Below the pieces are notes generated by a model, which was not told where the DNA came from, did not search any database, and saw only the letters and a program-made list of their open reading frames with translations. A DNA stretch of 64,000 nt from Octopus bimaculoides (Eukaryota): contig NC_068982.1 of NCBI RefSeq assembly GCF_001194135.2, positions 39,670,024 to 39,734,023 on the forward strand. The letters run 5' to 3'. The translations under genes and the position numbers were made by a program. Every line of letters begins with the position of its first letter. The stretch's first letter is position 1. Below are positions 1 to 13,270 of the stretch, in pieces.

Positions 1-735
1 TATNNNNNNNNNNNNNNNNNNNNNNNNNNNNNNNNNNNNNNNNNNNNNNNNNNNNNNNNNNNNNNNNNNNNNNNNNNNNNNNNNNNNNNNNNNNNNNNNN
101 NNNNNNNNNNNNNNNNNNNNNNNNNNNNNNNNNNNNNNNNNNNNNNNNNNNNNNNNNNNNNNNNNNNNNNNNNNNNNNNNNNNNNNNNNNNNNNNNNNNN
201 NNNNNNNNNNNNNNNNNNNNNNNNNNNNNNNNNNNNNNNNNNNNNNNNNNNNNNNNNNNNNNNNNNNNNNNNNNNNNNNNNNNNNNNNNNNNNNNNNNNN
301 NNNNNNNNNNNNNNNNNNNNNNNNNNNNNNNNNNNNNNNNNNNNNNNNNNNNNNNNNNNNNNNNNNNNNNNNNNNNNNNNNNNNNNNNNNNNNNNNNNNN
401 NNNNNNNNNNNNNNNNNNNNNNNNNNNNNNNNNNNNNNNNNNNNNNNNNNNNNNNNNNNNNNNNNNNNNNNNNNNNNNNNNNNNNNNNNNNNNNNNNNNN
501 NNNNNNNNNNNNNNNNNNNNNNNNNNNNNNNNNNNNNNNNNNNNNNNNNNNNNNNNNNNNNNNNNNNNNNNNNNNNNNNNNNNNNNNNNNNNNNNNNNNN
601 NNNNNNNNNNNNNNNNNNNNNNNNNNNNNNNNNNNNNNNNNNNNNNNNNNNNNNNNNNNNNNNNNNNNNNNNNNNNNNNNNNNNNNNNNNNNNNNNNNNN
701 NNNNNNNNNNNNNNNNNNNNNNNNNNNNNNNNNNN

Positions 736-811
736 GCGGTGGGCAACTCTGTATACGATTCTGATGATTGCGGTTACATTACAAATCAGGCTGAAGAGGA
801 ATGGACAAATG
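736..811 (+). CDS. Internal coding exon of an unidentified gene (5' part lost in gap); putative constant exon with phase-1 donor
   Basis: Open frame AVGNSVYDSDDCGYITNQAEEEWTN from the gap edge, GC-richer than its flanks, ends at strong donor G|GTAAGA (812-817) leaving one G (phase 1). Confidence 0.65.
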
Positions 812-1120
812 GTAAGATTTGTTAAATCCGAAACCGGTTCCTGTTTAAGAATGCTTTTTTAGGTGATTTTTAAATGTCTTGCCCGCTCACGTTTTGGTAT
901 ACTGCTATATTTCATGTTGAGAACAATTTAGGTCTTAATAGACACAAGATGTGATCTATTTCTAGCGCATTAATTGTCCACGTTAGTGGTCAACGTTATT
1001 TAAAAATATATATATATATATAGATAGATAGATAGACAGAGAGAGAGGGGGAGAGAGAGAGAAAGAGAGAAACAATCACATACACATCTAAACATTGTTA
1101 ATCTTTTTCTTTTGTCTCAG

Positions 1121-1167
1121 GACATCCAAGTTGGATGAGAATTATGAGTACAGTTATCCAGCAATAA
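1121..1167 (+). CDS. Proximal terminal exon, (G)HPSWMRIMSTVIQQ*
   Basis: Acceptor atctttttcttttgtctcag| at 1120; phase matches the 811 donor (309-bp intron); stop TAA 1165-1167 overlaps AATAAA. Confidence 0.55.
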
Positions 1168-2275
1168 ACATCATGTTGTTTCTTGTTTGTGATTCAGATA
1201 CATTGCATATAAAACTACGTTATCCAGTGTCATCTTTTTAGAAACGATTATGTTTGAAATAGTGAGGGACTTGCCTAACAATTCTAGGTGAACAAGTTAC
1301 CATATAGAACTTCCCTCACTGGTTCTAGGTTCCGTTCGTCATGCACGTGTTATTGTTGCTCCCACCACTGCAACTGTTACCTGCACTGCTGCTGCTACAG
1401 CTGCACTGCTGCTGCTACAGCTGCACTTGAAAATATGTAGCAGATGGAATCAGTAATATTGCAGTTGCTACTGTCGTAGAGACATTTATCGCAATAGATT
1501 TTGCTCTAAATTCAACCAGTGCTGCTGTGAGTCCTAAAATTAACAATCACATTGTTGCAAACGTTGCAATTTTCGGTGACACATTACTAAAGACTCCTAA
1601 TGACTTGAAGCTTCAATGAAAACAAAGGAAGAAAAATATTAGAAACGAAAAAATTTTGAAAGCATTTAGAAAAATACATAAAAGAATTACACAAATATTT
1701 CGACAACAATATTGTTATTTTTACACCTATTTTTATTGATATTGATATCTATATTTGCTATATTAATATATAATGAATATTATCAATGATATTAGTATTA
1801 TCAATATTGAATGTATGCTTGCATGCATGTATGTAAGTATGTATTCATGTATGCATCTTTATATATATATATTTATATATATATATATATAAACAAAATA
1901 CATACTTATACGCACNNNNNNNNNNAAACAAAATACATACTTATACGCACACACACACACACACACACACACATGTATATATATATACACTGAAACGTAA
2001 TAAGAACGATTATGGAAGTCTAGGATATTTGTGCACCGAGCACATGTCAATTCATTATTCATACATACTTGCACATGCATACAGACTCACATACGCACAC
2101 GTGCATGGTCATATATGTATCTGCATATACATACACCCCCCCCCCCCACACATATATATATATANNNNNNNNNNNNNNNNNNNNNNNNNNNNNNNNNNNN
2201 NNNNNNNNNNNNNNNNNNNNNNNNNNNNNNNNNNNNNNNNNNNNNNNNNNNNNNNNNNNNNNNNNNNNNNNNNNN

Positions 2276-2328
<53 letters not shown>

Positions 2329-2333
<5 letters not shown>

Positions 2334-2890
2334 GGTTTGTGAAGGAAGTAATTTCGGTTTTGTAGTGTGAAATAAAAGTCATTTTATTTCTGATACAGAG
2401 AATAAATTATAATCAATAATATTTTCTATTTTGTTCGGCGACCTTTTGCCGTCTTTCTGGCAACTTTATGATTCTGCGCTTATAGAACTTCTGGTCCTTA
2501 TCATCCCATAACTGAAGCAAGTGCGATTTCAGGTGACTACTATTATTGAAGGTTTTACCATTCAAAGAATTTTGCAAACCTCGAAATAAATGGTAATCTG
2601 ATGGTGCAAGATCGGGCTATATGGTGGATATGACATCACTTTCCAACCAGGCTCCAGTAACGTTCCCTGTGTTAACAAAGACGTGTGTAGTCTAGCGTTC
2701 TTATGGTGGAACAAGATTCTTTTATGATTTGCCAATTCTGGCCGTTTATCTTCGATTGCTTCTTCCAGTTTCATTAGTTGTTGATAGTAAATATCTGAAT
2801 TGATCTTTTGGTTACCTGGAAGCAGCTCAAAATACTCAACACATTTGTAATCACAAGAAATTGAAAACATGACCATTTTCGAAGCAATTC
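2329..2890 (-). mobile_element. Mariner (Tc1/mariner) transposase 3' fragment with TIR
   Basis: ORF 2562-2876 FELLPGNQKINSDIYYQQLMKL...LFHHKNARLH...GWKVMSYPPYSP matches the mariner DD34D region; TIR-like tataggtttgtgaaggaagtaatttcggtttt at 2329. Confidence 0.85.
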
Positions 2891-2899
2891 AGCTGTCGA

Positions 2900-3530
2900 T
2901 GTGATTTGTACTAGTTCATTATGCTTGGACCATGATCATTTTCTCTACACACACCACTATACAAACACCTATACACACTGTTCAACTCATTACTACACAT
3001 ACCATTACACACACACTCACAAATATCTTCCCACTCCAAACACACTAGCACCGAACACTTCTCAGCACCCACACCACACACCATTATCCACACACACACA
3101 CACACACGCACACTCTTCAATAGTATCACCACGCACACCACTATAAGGGCAACCACACACACTATTTAACTCAGTACACACACCAGACCTCATGTACACT
3201 CCTACACCCACAGAAGCATATAATACCTGAACATAGACAATACATACTCACACACGCAACACACATTCACAAAGATAACTTTCCCCCACAAACATACACT
3301 GTGCACATGCACACTATTTCGTCACAGACACACACATACATACACATGTGCACACATAACCTGAACAGGCCCACACCAACTGCTACACACAACATACATA
3401 CGCACACACACGCAAACACACACGTTATACTCACCCGCCCCATACACACACACACGTTTGGCTCACTTAGCTCCATTCACACATACACACACAAATCCAT
3501 TCTCACATACACACACACGCTTGCGCACCT
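2900..3530. repeat. Degenerate CA-rich low-complexity tract
   Basis: Imperfect (CA)n/(CAC)n; source of the HT/VC ORFs. Confidence 0.8.
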
Positions 3531-3569
3531 TAGATCGTTGGGATCACCATTACTTTTATAATAATAATT

Positions 3570-3680
<111 letters not shown>

Positions 3681-5016
3681 CTTTCATTCAACCTCTTTTT
3701 CCNNNNNNNNNNNNNNNNNNNNNNNNNNNNNNNNNNNNNNNNNNNNNNNNNNNNNNNNNNNNNNNNNNNNNNNNNNNNNNNNNNNNNNNNNNNNNNNNNN
3801 NNNNNNNNNNNNNNNNNNNNNNNNNNNNNNNNNNNNNNNNNNNNNNNNNNNNNNNNNNNNNNNNNNNNNNNNNNNNNNNNNNNNNNNNNNNNNNNNNNNN
3901 NNNNNNNNNNNNNNNNNNNNNNNNNNNNNNNNNNNNNNNNNNNNNNNNNNNNNNNNNNNNNNNNNNNNNNNNNNNNNNNNNNNNNNNNNNNNNNNNNNNN
4001 NNNNNNNNNNNNNNNNNNNNNNNNNNNNNNNNNNNNNNNNNNNNNNNNNNNNNNNNNNNNNNNNNNNNNNNNNNNNNNNNNNNNNNNNNNNNNNNNNNNN
4101 NNNNNNNNNNNNNNNNNNNNNNNATATATATATATATATAATGTAAGGATAAAATCTTCATAAGAATTTATCAAATAGTCAGCGTGAAAAAACCTCGTAA
4201 GGAAAAAAAACATCATTTTTTTCCATAAATATATATAATTTAATTTATATAAGGGCATTACTATACAATAATGCCTCACGCTTAGAGGGACTTCATAAGT
4301 CAAAACTACCGAAATAAGCACATTTTACCGATCGTGAGGGAATGTTACTTTCAATGCTAACCTCCTAAAAACTCTTAACTTCGGCAGACCAATGGTTTCA
4401 TAATTAACACAGCAAAACTATGCAGTAAACTGCATCTTTTATTCATCAGTACACGTATGGTCAAGACACATAAAGAATAAACAAAAATCAACATACCCCG
4501 ATGTACCCAACACAATACATAGACGATTGTTCATCCTTATATACCCATGAATGGGACGGGCTTTTTAAGTTACACTTCGGCAACATGTGCTTTTACAGAA
4601 TAATATTCAGCATTGAATATATTATAATTATTCATAATATAATGTAAGGATAAAATCTTTTTATATACATATGTATATATATATACAATCCCTTGCATAT
4701 TAATTTTCATAACAATCCTGCAAATTTGGTCCGTAATATCTTAATCGTACTTGATGTTGTTCTCCAATGACAACACACAACAGCGATTAGCATATTCAAG
4801 TTCGAATCTACCTGAGCGTATTAAGAATGGTTATGAAAGTCATCGCTTTTTTTGTACCTCAAGCACATAACGATTCACTATACATTCATATATATATATC
4901 NNNNNNNNNNATACACACATACACAGACACACAAGAAACACGCATGTGTTTGAGTACGTGTTTATATGTATTTATCTACCTATCAATATATATATAAGTG
5001 GGGATACATGTATATA

Positions 5017-5330
5017 TGAAGATGCATGGCTTGGTGGTTGGTAGTTCCGGTTCACGATTGACAGTTCGATTCCCGGAGACGCAGTGTATCCTTGCGCAAG
5101 GCACTTTATTTCACGTTGCTCAAGTCCACTCAGCTGGCAAAAATAAGCAGGCTTGGTAATCCAAAAATCCAGTTTTATTACACTTTGTGTCACGCTGAAT
5201 CTCTCCGACGGTACGCGAGTCAGTGGAGTACTCATCCTCTTGCTCGTGAATTTCATGAGCAGGCTGTTTCGTTGATCGGACCAACTGGAACAATCGTCGT
5301 AGTATCAGACGGGGTACAAGACTTTTTATA
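5017..5330 (+). mobile_element. tRNA-derived SINE, family C
   Basis: Head gcatggcttggtggtt...agttcgattcccgg (A/B boxes), body ccttgcgcaaggcactttatttcacgttgctc; homologous to 24057-24375 and 49290-49468. Confidence 0.75.
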
Positions 5331-5419
5331 AACGTACATGTTTGTATTTGTGTCTGTAGTGTCTGTAGTGGCTCTCTAGGGTTATCCAAAATAAATGAGT
5401 ATACAGGGCCAACTGAGTT

Positions 5420-5900
5420 GAAGCCCTCACCCATTGGAACTTATGCCAGCATTATGAAATTAGCACAGAAAATAGATGGTATAAAGATATAATTCTCAGG
5501 GGAAGGTAATGGGTTCATACTTTGGCACATGTCAATTTAAACAAATCTGATATTAAGGCAGATCGTCCACATATGTTGTCAAGATCTTCCAGGAAACGAA
5601 GTGCTTATTAATCGGTGAATCATTTCCAGCTTAGGAAAATATGTCTCAAAGCAGAACATATTATGTACAGATAGAAATCTGAAAATAGAGATAACCAAAG
5701 CGTGGAGACTGAAAGCAGAAACAATATTCATAACAATCGATGCATTGGAAACGATTAAAAAAGAAGTAGATAAATATATTGCCGATGTCTAAGAATTACA
5801 ACGTAGAGAGAATAACATTACCAGGCTTTACATGCAATTTTTACGTGCTACATTGAATATAATAGAAAAATACACTGCACGCATCCAAAACGCACAGAGC
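5420..5900 (+). mobile_element. Highly degenerate 3' end of an RLE-type (R4/Dong-like) LINE
   Basis: Fragments read like WYK...ADRPH..V....K.KCLLI...KAWRLKAETI..TIDALETIKK, the restriction-like endonuclease tail; many stops and frameshifts. Confidence 0.45.
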
Positions 5901-6531
5901 TACGTTCGGTTGTGTAGTGAAATCACGATAGGAATATACGACTATTATAAGAATATTATCAATTCTAATTTTGCTACTGCTGCTGTAGATGCTGTCGATG
6001 ATAGCGATGACAATGATTCGCGATTTCCAACTGTGTTGCTCAACATGCTAGAAATAGCAGTTAAATCTCACCTTTTACTTTCTAAAGATGTAGCTCACGC
6101 TGGACATTGTAATCTTATATATGTTATTTATATCTGCTAGACTGGAGTTGAGTATAGGAATATTCGTCCGTTGTTGACCCTAAATAACTTAGCATAGAAT
6201 AAATATGCACAATAATACGAAGAAATGTGCATGTAAGTTAAAAAGCGAGAGAGAAAAAGATAGAGAGAGTGCGTGAGAGTGCGTGAGAGTGCGTGAGAGT
6301 GAGAGAGAGACAGAGAGAGGGGGGCAGACAGAGACAGAATTTACGTATGATGGAGGAAGGAGAGCTGTTATGATTTTTTTAGGAATATCAATTTTAAGAA
6401 ATGCTTTGAAGCAAGTATACTTTATACAAGGGAAAATATATGTTAATAATATTGATAAAACTTAGGAAACGGTCACATCGTTAATGTTATGACTATTGTT
6501 TAGGGGAGTGTTATGCTTTTTGTTTATCAAG

Positions 6532-6701
6532 AAAAGATATATTTTGCTCGAAAAGAGCGGGCTTCCTGTTTTGTGCTATTACTGAAATGCATACTTTATG
6601 GTAGTATTGGTAGAATTACAAAGTCAATAAAAAAATGTCAATATAGTTACAATAACTATATAGAAAATGTAGGTCACTATAAAAGTCAATATAAAAATTG
6701 A
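6532..6701 (+). CDS. Candidate alternative terminal exon (E)KIYFARKERASCFVLLLKCILYG...YKN*
   Basis: Acceptor ttatgctttttgtttatcaag|; phase-1 frame open 56 codons in very AT-rich DNA. Confidence 0.25.
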
Positions 6702-7887
6702 ATGTCTAGGCTTTGGGGGAATCTCAAGTGAGCGAAAGAAAATTGTATTTCAATCATACTTGTCATAAATATGTTTTAACTATTGTTTATCTGTGCCGTA
6801 CAAAAGTAATTTCTTCGAATAATTATGTTATATGAGATTTGAAAGGTAGTTAGGGAGAATATAATAAGAAAATATTGTCTAAAACATCTAATTTGGTAAT
6901 CTGAGCGAGAGAATATAAGAAAAATCTATATCTAATTGACAACTTGAGCGGCTATCTATAAGAAAGAAAAATAAAGAAGCAGTAAGAGCAAATATCGAAG
7001 AAAAAATACGATGAGTGTAGGAGTTGCAAGTCTAATATCAAACAAACTAAGTTAAAATATAAATTAAATTAGAATTATTAAAGCAGAGAATTGATTGAAA
7101 AAACAGTGCGATATATAACCCTCTTAGAAATATCTGCACGAGAGCTATAAAATATATCAGCATTAATAAGCAATGCTGTATGCAGCTGTTAGTAAAAATA
7201 TTATATGAAGAAAAATCATGCTATACTTAAAAATATGTGAAAGTGCCTGGCAAATTACTCTACTAATATGAGTGCTTTTTTAACATTACTAAATTATAAT
7301 CTGATGATGTGTATTCGGAAAGCTAGCAGTATATTGCTAGAATTTAGGAAAAAAAAATATATTTCGACTTCTAATAGCAAAATATTTTTGAAATTATAAA
7401 TTGTAATAACACGGTGTGATGGCGGTGATTTTATAATATTAGTAGCATATATTTTACTACAGTATAAATTGCTTCTTTTTTTTTCTTTTTATAATAACGG
7501 AGTGATACTTATGGATATTTGCTTATGAGAGAAAAATACAAGTTTGTACTATAATTTTTATAATGTAGCATAATTATAGATATGTGCTCTTAAGAAGAAA
7601 ATAAAATTAGTGTAAATTATTAAATAAGTGTATATCATAGCTGGAGTTTCAAGAGAAGGATGCAAATGATTACGGCTTTAATCTCGTTGGCCGCATGTAC
7701 ACTTTGAGCAACCAGGAATCTGTTGGGATATTTAAATGACTGTCAACCTTAGAAAATGAAGAGAAATAAGTGTAAATTTAGTGAAGTTAAAAGGATTCAT
7801 GAAAGTAGACATGCATACAATCATACATACATAGTGCATACATACATATATACACACATATTACATGCATACATACGCGTGTATGTA

Positions 7888-7918
<31 letters not shown>

Positions 7919-8423
7919 GTGTGGGTGCGTGTGCGCGCATGCGTGGGCATGATAAAAAAGACGTTATTGAGGATGGAGTTGTTTTGCATTGACAAGACTG
8001 AACTTGCTATAAAGAGTGAAAAATCGAACGTTTTGGAACAACTCTTCTTCGGGGACAGCACGTAAGCGTAGAAAAATGAGTGAGAGATATCAGAGTGTTA
8101 CATCCACTAAGTGAAAAACATTAAGAAAAAAAACTGGCTACAACTGATAAGGAAAGCAGAACCACGGTGCTTCATACATGAACAAGAAGTAGTAGAAAAA
8201 ACGGTATAAAAAGAGAGAAGGAGTAATGGAATGGAATCAGTCAAAGTCGATAGGGAAATGAGTGAGAAGAGGTGAGGATATGGAAGAGTTGATGGATAAG
8301 AAAGGTCTTAAGGAATTAAAAGAATATGTAGGAGTAGAGGGGACAAAACGTTCATTTAAACATGTTGGTGATATTGGTGCCAATTTCGAATATGTAGCCA
8401 GTTATTAAGAATGTGGATCCATG

Positions 8424-8796
8424 TAAGGCGGTGAGCTGGCAAAAACGTTAGCGCCCCGGGCGAAATGCTTAGCGGTATTTCGTCTGCCGTTACGCTCTGA
8501 GTTCAAATTCCGCCGAGGTCGACTTTGCCTTTCCTCCTTTCGGGGTCGATTAAATAAGTACCAGTTACGCACTGGGGTCGATATAATCGACTTAATCCGT
8601 TTGTCTGTCCTTGTTTGNNNNNNNNNNCCGTTACGCTCTGAGTTCAAATTCCGCCGAGGTCGACTTTGCCTTTCCTCCTTTCGGGGTCGATTAAATAAGT
8701 ACCAGTTACGCACTGGGGTCGATATAATCGACTTAATCCGTTTGTCTGTCCTTGTTTGTTCCCTCTGTGTGTAGCCCCTTGTGAGCAGTAAAGAAA
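8424..8796 (+). mobile_element. tRNA-derived SINE, family B, with 18-bp target-site duplication
   Basis: Head ggcggtgagctggcaaaaacgttagc...gagttcaaattcc; TSD taagaatgtggatccatg at 8406-8423 and 8797-8814; internal duplication across the 10-N gap is an assembly overlap. Confidence 0.85.
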
Positions 8797-8829
8797 TAAG
8801 AATGTGGATCCATGGTGTGAGGCGATGCT

Positions 8830-9540
8830 ACACACTGATAAGTGAGTTATGGAATGGTCTTTGGTGTTGAAGTTTGTGTGCTTCGAACTTTTTCTCGAAA
8901 GAGATCAGTAATGCGTCGGCCTTTTCCCTAAAGTCAAGGGCAACGCAAACTTTGCATTTGATGTGATACAAGGTTAGACAATGTGCAAACGAAAGTTTGA
9001 GTAATATCGTGTCTTTCGCTCAGTGAAGGTTATAATATTGCTAATGTTGTTAATGTAGGGGTAAGTGTTGCATCGCCGGTTAGCACATTTAAAAATGCAT
9101 GGTTGTGTGGAGTTGGGTGCTATAGAGTGTTTTGCTAGGAGGTTTCCAAATTTCTCATCTTTGCAAAAGGCGAATCGAGAGGTGCAGGAATGATACGAGC
9201 GGTTCTGTGCTCGGAAATTAGAATACAAAACTTTCTTTTTCAATGGGAGATCGGGCGAGCGGAAGGCGAGAAATAGTAGGATATGGTATGTAGACGCGCG
9301 TAAACACGGTGGAGGGGTGGTGAAGGTGTTGATTTCCTGGGTTGGGCAGATGGCAAGGTCCACAACTGATCGAGGTTACCCACGATTCAGAAAGAATTGT
9401 ATTGTTTGGTATTAGGATTCTATATTCAAATTAATGCGTCAGAGTCTGCGAAGGCGAAGGAAGTGAGAGAAATTTATAGTAGATTTAGTGTATTTTGAGA
9501 AAAAATTGTAGAGAAAGGAGCTGCAGTCAGTACGTTTGTA
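8830..9540 (-). mobile_element. Penelope-like element, RT C-terminus/GIY-YIG fragment (frameshifted)
   Basis: Minus strand reads KCANRRCNTYPYIN...then YHIKCKVCVALDFREKADALLISFREKVRS, a decayed version of the PLE Cys-linker and YxIxCxxC..YIGET.R.L..RF.EH motif. Confidence 0.7.
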
Positions 9541-9689
9541 ACGGACAACAATAGAGAGATGAATATTGTTTACAGTTATAGAAGTATCTAAGAAAACTAA
9601 CAGAAATATCCGACACGGTAGATAATTCTAAGGAAGGGCGAAAGACGTTAAAGAAAAGTGATAATATTGTCTGGCAAGAAGCTGCTTAC

Positions 9690-9820
9690 TTGCGCCGAAA
9701 CCGTCGTCACTACAACGACCATGAGATTCTGGGATCGGTCTGGTTAACTGAGAAGGGATTTGTCTGGGAATTGAAACCACGATCTCTTGATCTTGAGTAC
9801 AGCGCTCTAACAACTATGCC
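9690..9820 (-). mobile_element. tRNA-derived SINE head
   Basis: Reverse complement tggcatagttgttagagcgctgtactcaagatcaagagatcgtggtttcaattccc is tRNA-like. Confidence 0.55.
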
Positions 9821-10890
9821 AGTTTTCTCTTGATATACACGTGTGTGTGCGTGTGTGTTTGTGTGTGCGTGCACGCGCGCGCGCACGTGTGTAAGTGCGT
9901 GTGTCTGTGTGAGTGTAGAATGTTCTGTATGGGGAGGATTGAACGTGTACGAATTGTTTATTGAAGAGTAATATTTCTGTAAATAATATTTAACAACTCA
10001 ATTCTGCATTATAGCATGGTTTTTCTTTATAGTATAGGACTTAACTAATGATAGTATTTTTCCTTTCAAATTATCGTTCATGTTATTTACTTACATATTC
10101 CATTTGTGTTTTAATAGCGCATTATTAGTGCTTCAAGTGTGGTTGCAGGAAGATTGAATACCGTGATATCTAAATTCGAAACGATTATCAATGAAACATA
10201 AATATGTTTTAGTACCTATTGCTGCTGTGTATACAATGTCTTGAAGTAGACATTTAAAGTTTTAAAGACAGTTAATGGGGATAATACAATTTAAAAATGA
10301 TATAATAAGGTTGTGGATAGATTGGTAATATTTATATTTATTGAGGCAGGCAATATTTTGTACGAGACTAGGGACGGTAAATCAAGAAATTTAGCTGAAT
10401 ATTTTGTTTACACTTACATTGTGCGGAGAATGCTATATAAAAGAAGAATGTTTCGCAAGCGGTGCAACTACAGTTAGGATAAACTGCAGATTATATCAGA
10501 TATGTGTCGCTTTGTAAAAGTTATAGTTAAATGTGCATAGGAAGTTTTGTTTGCTGTCAAGTGGTTTCCTACCGCAAGCCTTGCTCATAAACCCTAATAT
10601 AACCCTGGACCCACTAATGTCTTTAGGTAAATTCTGTTAACAGAAACTGTGTGGAATCCCATCCAATATGTATGTGAGTGTGTATCCGACGACGGCATAG
10701 CTGGAAGAAATTTCGAGTTCATAGTCAATAATATCAAAATTCACAGACATATATACACACATACACAATGCACACGGGCACGATCTCAAACAAGTACATG
10801 CATATACACATGAAAATCTACATATGTATCTATTTCTATATTCGTCTTTCTATCTATCTGTCTGTCTGTCTGTTTGTCTGTTTATATATC

Positions 10891-11326
10891 TCTTTACTCT
10901 TTAACTATTTTACTTGTTTCAGTCATTTGACTGCGGCCATGCTGGGGCACCGCCTATAGTCGAGCAAATCGACCCCAGGACTTATTCTTTGTAAGCCTAG
11001 AACTTATTCTATTGGTCTCTTCTTTGCCGAACCGCTAAGTTACGGGGACGTAAACACACCAGCATCGGTTGTCAAGCGAAGTTGGGGGGAGGGACAAACA
11101 CAGACGCACAAGCATATACACACACATACATATATATATATACATATATATACATATATATACGATAGGCTTCGTTCAGTTTCCGTCTACCAAATCCACT
11201 CACAAGTCTTTGGTCGGCTCGAGGCTATAGTAGAAGACACTTGCCCAAGGTGCCACGCAGTGGGACTGAACCCAGAACCATGTGGTTGGTAAGCAAGCTA
11301 CTTACCACACAGCCACTCCTGCGCCT
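10891..11326 (-). mobile_element. tRNA-derived SINE, family A (full length)
   Basis: Minus-strand head aggcgcaggagtggctgtgtggtaagtagcttgc...gttcagtccc; near-identical to 45388-45796, 26687-27010, 43988-44350. Confidence 0.9.
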
Positions 11327-12144
11327 ATCTATCTATCTAGAGAGGGTAAAATTTCTGGGATCTATAGATGAGTTCTCTCCAGCGGTCTTTGTCTCTCATC
11401 ATCACTGCCATGTTCTGTGTCTCCCAGAAACCAGTGCCTGTCCTTAGGGCATCAGTATGTCATCCTCGGTCTCTCTCTTCTAGTGTGTCCCTGCAGGGGC
11501 TCCCACGGGAGCACTGAATGTAATATAAACTATGAATGACGCTGAGTATGTTCAGTCAACCTCAAGCCTCTCTGCGTTATTTTTGAGCTAACTATTGGGA
11601 GGCTTTCGTACAGTTTGTCATCCTTAGAGCATACTAATTAATGTTCAGAGTTATCCTCAGAATTCTCGTAGAGCACCATTCCACCATCTGAATTAGTTTC
11701 TCGATCAGTGTCCAATAATGTCAATATGTGTGAGTGGATATTTGTGTATACACGTGTGCATGCACGCGCGCGTGTGTGCGTGTGTGTGCTTGTGTGTGTA
11801 TGTGTGTGTGCATAAAGAAGTCATAGAAAATGCCATAATGAACGTTCTTCATAAAATAGACGATATAATTCTTCATAGGTCTCGGCTGAAATTTGTTTAC
11901 GATATAATACACTTAAAAGGTTCCGGGAAATTGTATATATTTAAAATGATACACAATTGATCACAGGGACATATAGAGCATACGACTGAAAGAAAATAAC
12001 ATCAATATATTCTCGAGAAATGTCTGAGTATGCTTTCTAGTATACAAACGAAAGTAAGTTAGCTATTCAGTGTAACGTAAAATAGTTAAATGTCAACTTT
12101 ACCGAACCATACTTTGATACAGATTCTTGAAAACACACACGCAA

Positions 12145-12219
<75 letters not shown>

Positions 12220-12449
12220 AATATATATAAAGAGAGGGGTATATGTATGTGTTCACTTACACACACACATACTGTGTGTACATACATATAAACATATATA
12301 TACAGATATATATACACGCACACATATGTGCGCGCGTGCGTGTGTCTTTCTAAATTCGCTTATACAAAGCAGAAGCCCTCATCGGAAAGTACTTATTCAT
12401 AACACAATTATTCTATTGAGTCAAAAGTTTTGTAATATTTTGGTATCTT

Positions 12450-13270
12450 TTTTGTTTTATTCATCAAATTACACCAAAAGCAACCTGGCATTCAAGGTGG
12501 AGGATATTGCGTTGCACCGTCTGAAGCCACCTTCCTAAGAGTTGTTAGATTTCATGCAGAAACTAGTTCTTGTCCTCCGAAGCAAAGAACTCCTTCGCTA
12601 AAGCTTCAACCTCGTCTTAGTTAAGGAAGTGCCACGAGCATAGGAAGTGATCTATGAATCAGAGCAAGTAATAATCCGCGGGAGCTAGTTATGGATATAC
12701 AAATTGGGTGTGGTTTCAGTCTGACTCCCTCAAGTTCCGGGAGTTTATTCCCTGTCGTTAGATCTTGTGTTGTCTTGCTACAAAAGAGTTCACTTTCTGT
12801 TTACCGATGCCATGTATTTTTGCCGCACAATGGCATATACATCCGATGCCAAGTCTACCTGATACTCTCCTAGAGACTACTCACCGGTTTTGCTTCTATG
12901 ACTTGGAGCGCAGACTTGTAATCTACGGTTTCAGGTTCACCTAGCCTTACCTGATCGATCGAACACGAATGAAATTTCTTGAATTTTCTATCTACTCTAC
13001 TGCGATCAACTGCGACTTCATCTTTCGCACAACAAATGTGTTTGGCTGTTTCCACATTCTCATGGTCGATTTTGAACTTGCAAAACCTAAGTTCCCGAAT
13101 TAGACTATGTTGCACGTTCATTTGAGAGGCTTTTGAATCACGTACGGAGTGGAGTAATACACAACGTTTCAACGCACCAATGACCACGACACTACAAACC
13201 TCAGCTTGAGCTGCTTCAGTTATGTTATTTAAACGCCGCAAACTAGCAAGTATGAACCTATTTCAAACTT
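12450..13270 (-). mobile_element. Internally deleted, degenerate mariner element
   Basis: ORF 12870-13241 resembles the mariner HTH (ETAKHICCAKDEVAVDRSRVDRKFKKF...GEPETVD...VIEAKP); downstream LAPADYYLL..EFFASEDKN..RWLQTV resembles the C-terminus. Confidence 0.75.

Noticed and set aside
736-1167. Assigning a gene name (e.g. protocadherin, BTB-ZF) to the constant exon
   Set aside because: The 25-residue peptide contains no domain I recognise, and the upstream exons are in the gap or outside the window.
7940-8400. Possible LINE endonuclease remnant
   Set aside because: Purine-rich and suggestive, but no motif could be read with confidence.
8560-8760. Direct duplications across short N gaps (also 1890-1950, 28260-28364, 32960-33090, 48836/49156, 61620/62241)
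   Set aside because: Identical sequence on either side of a gap is typical of unmerged contig overlaps, so likely assembly artefacts rather than tandem repeats.
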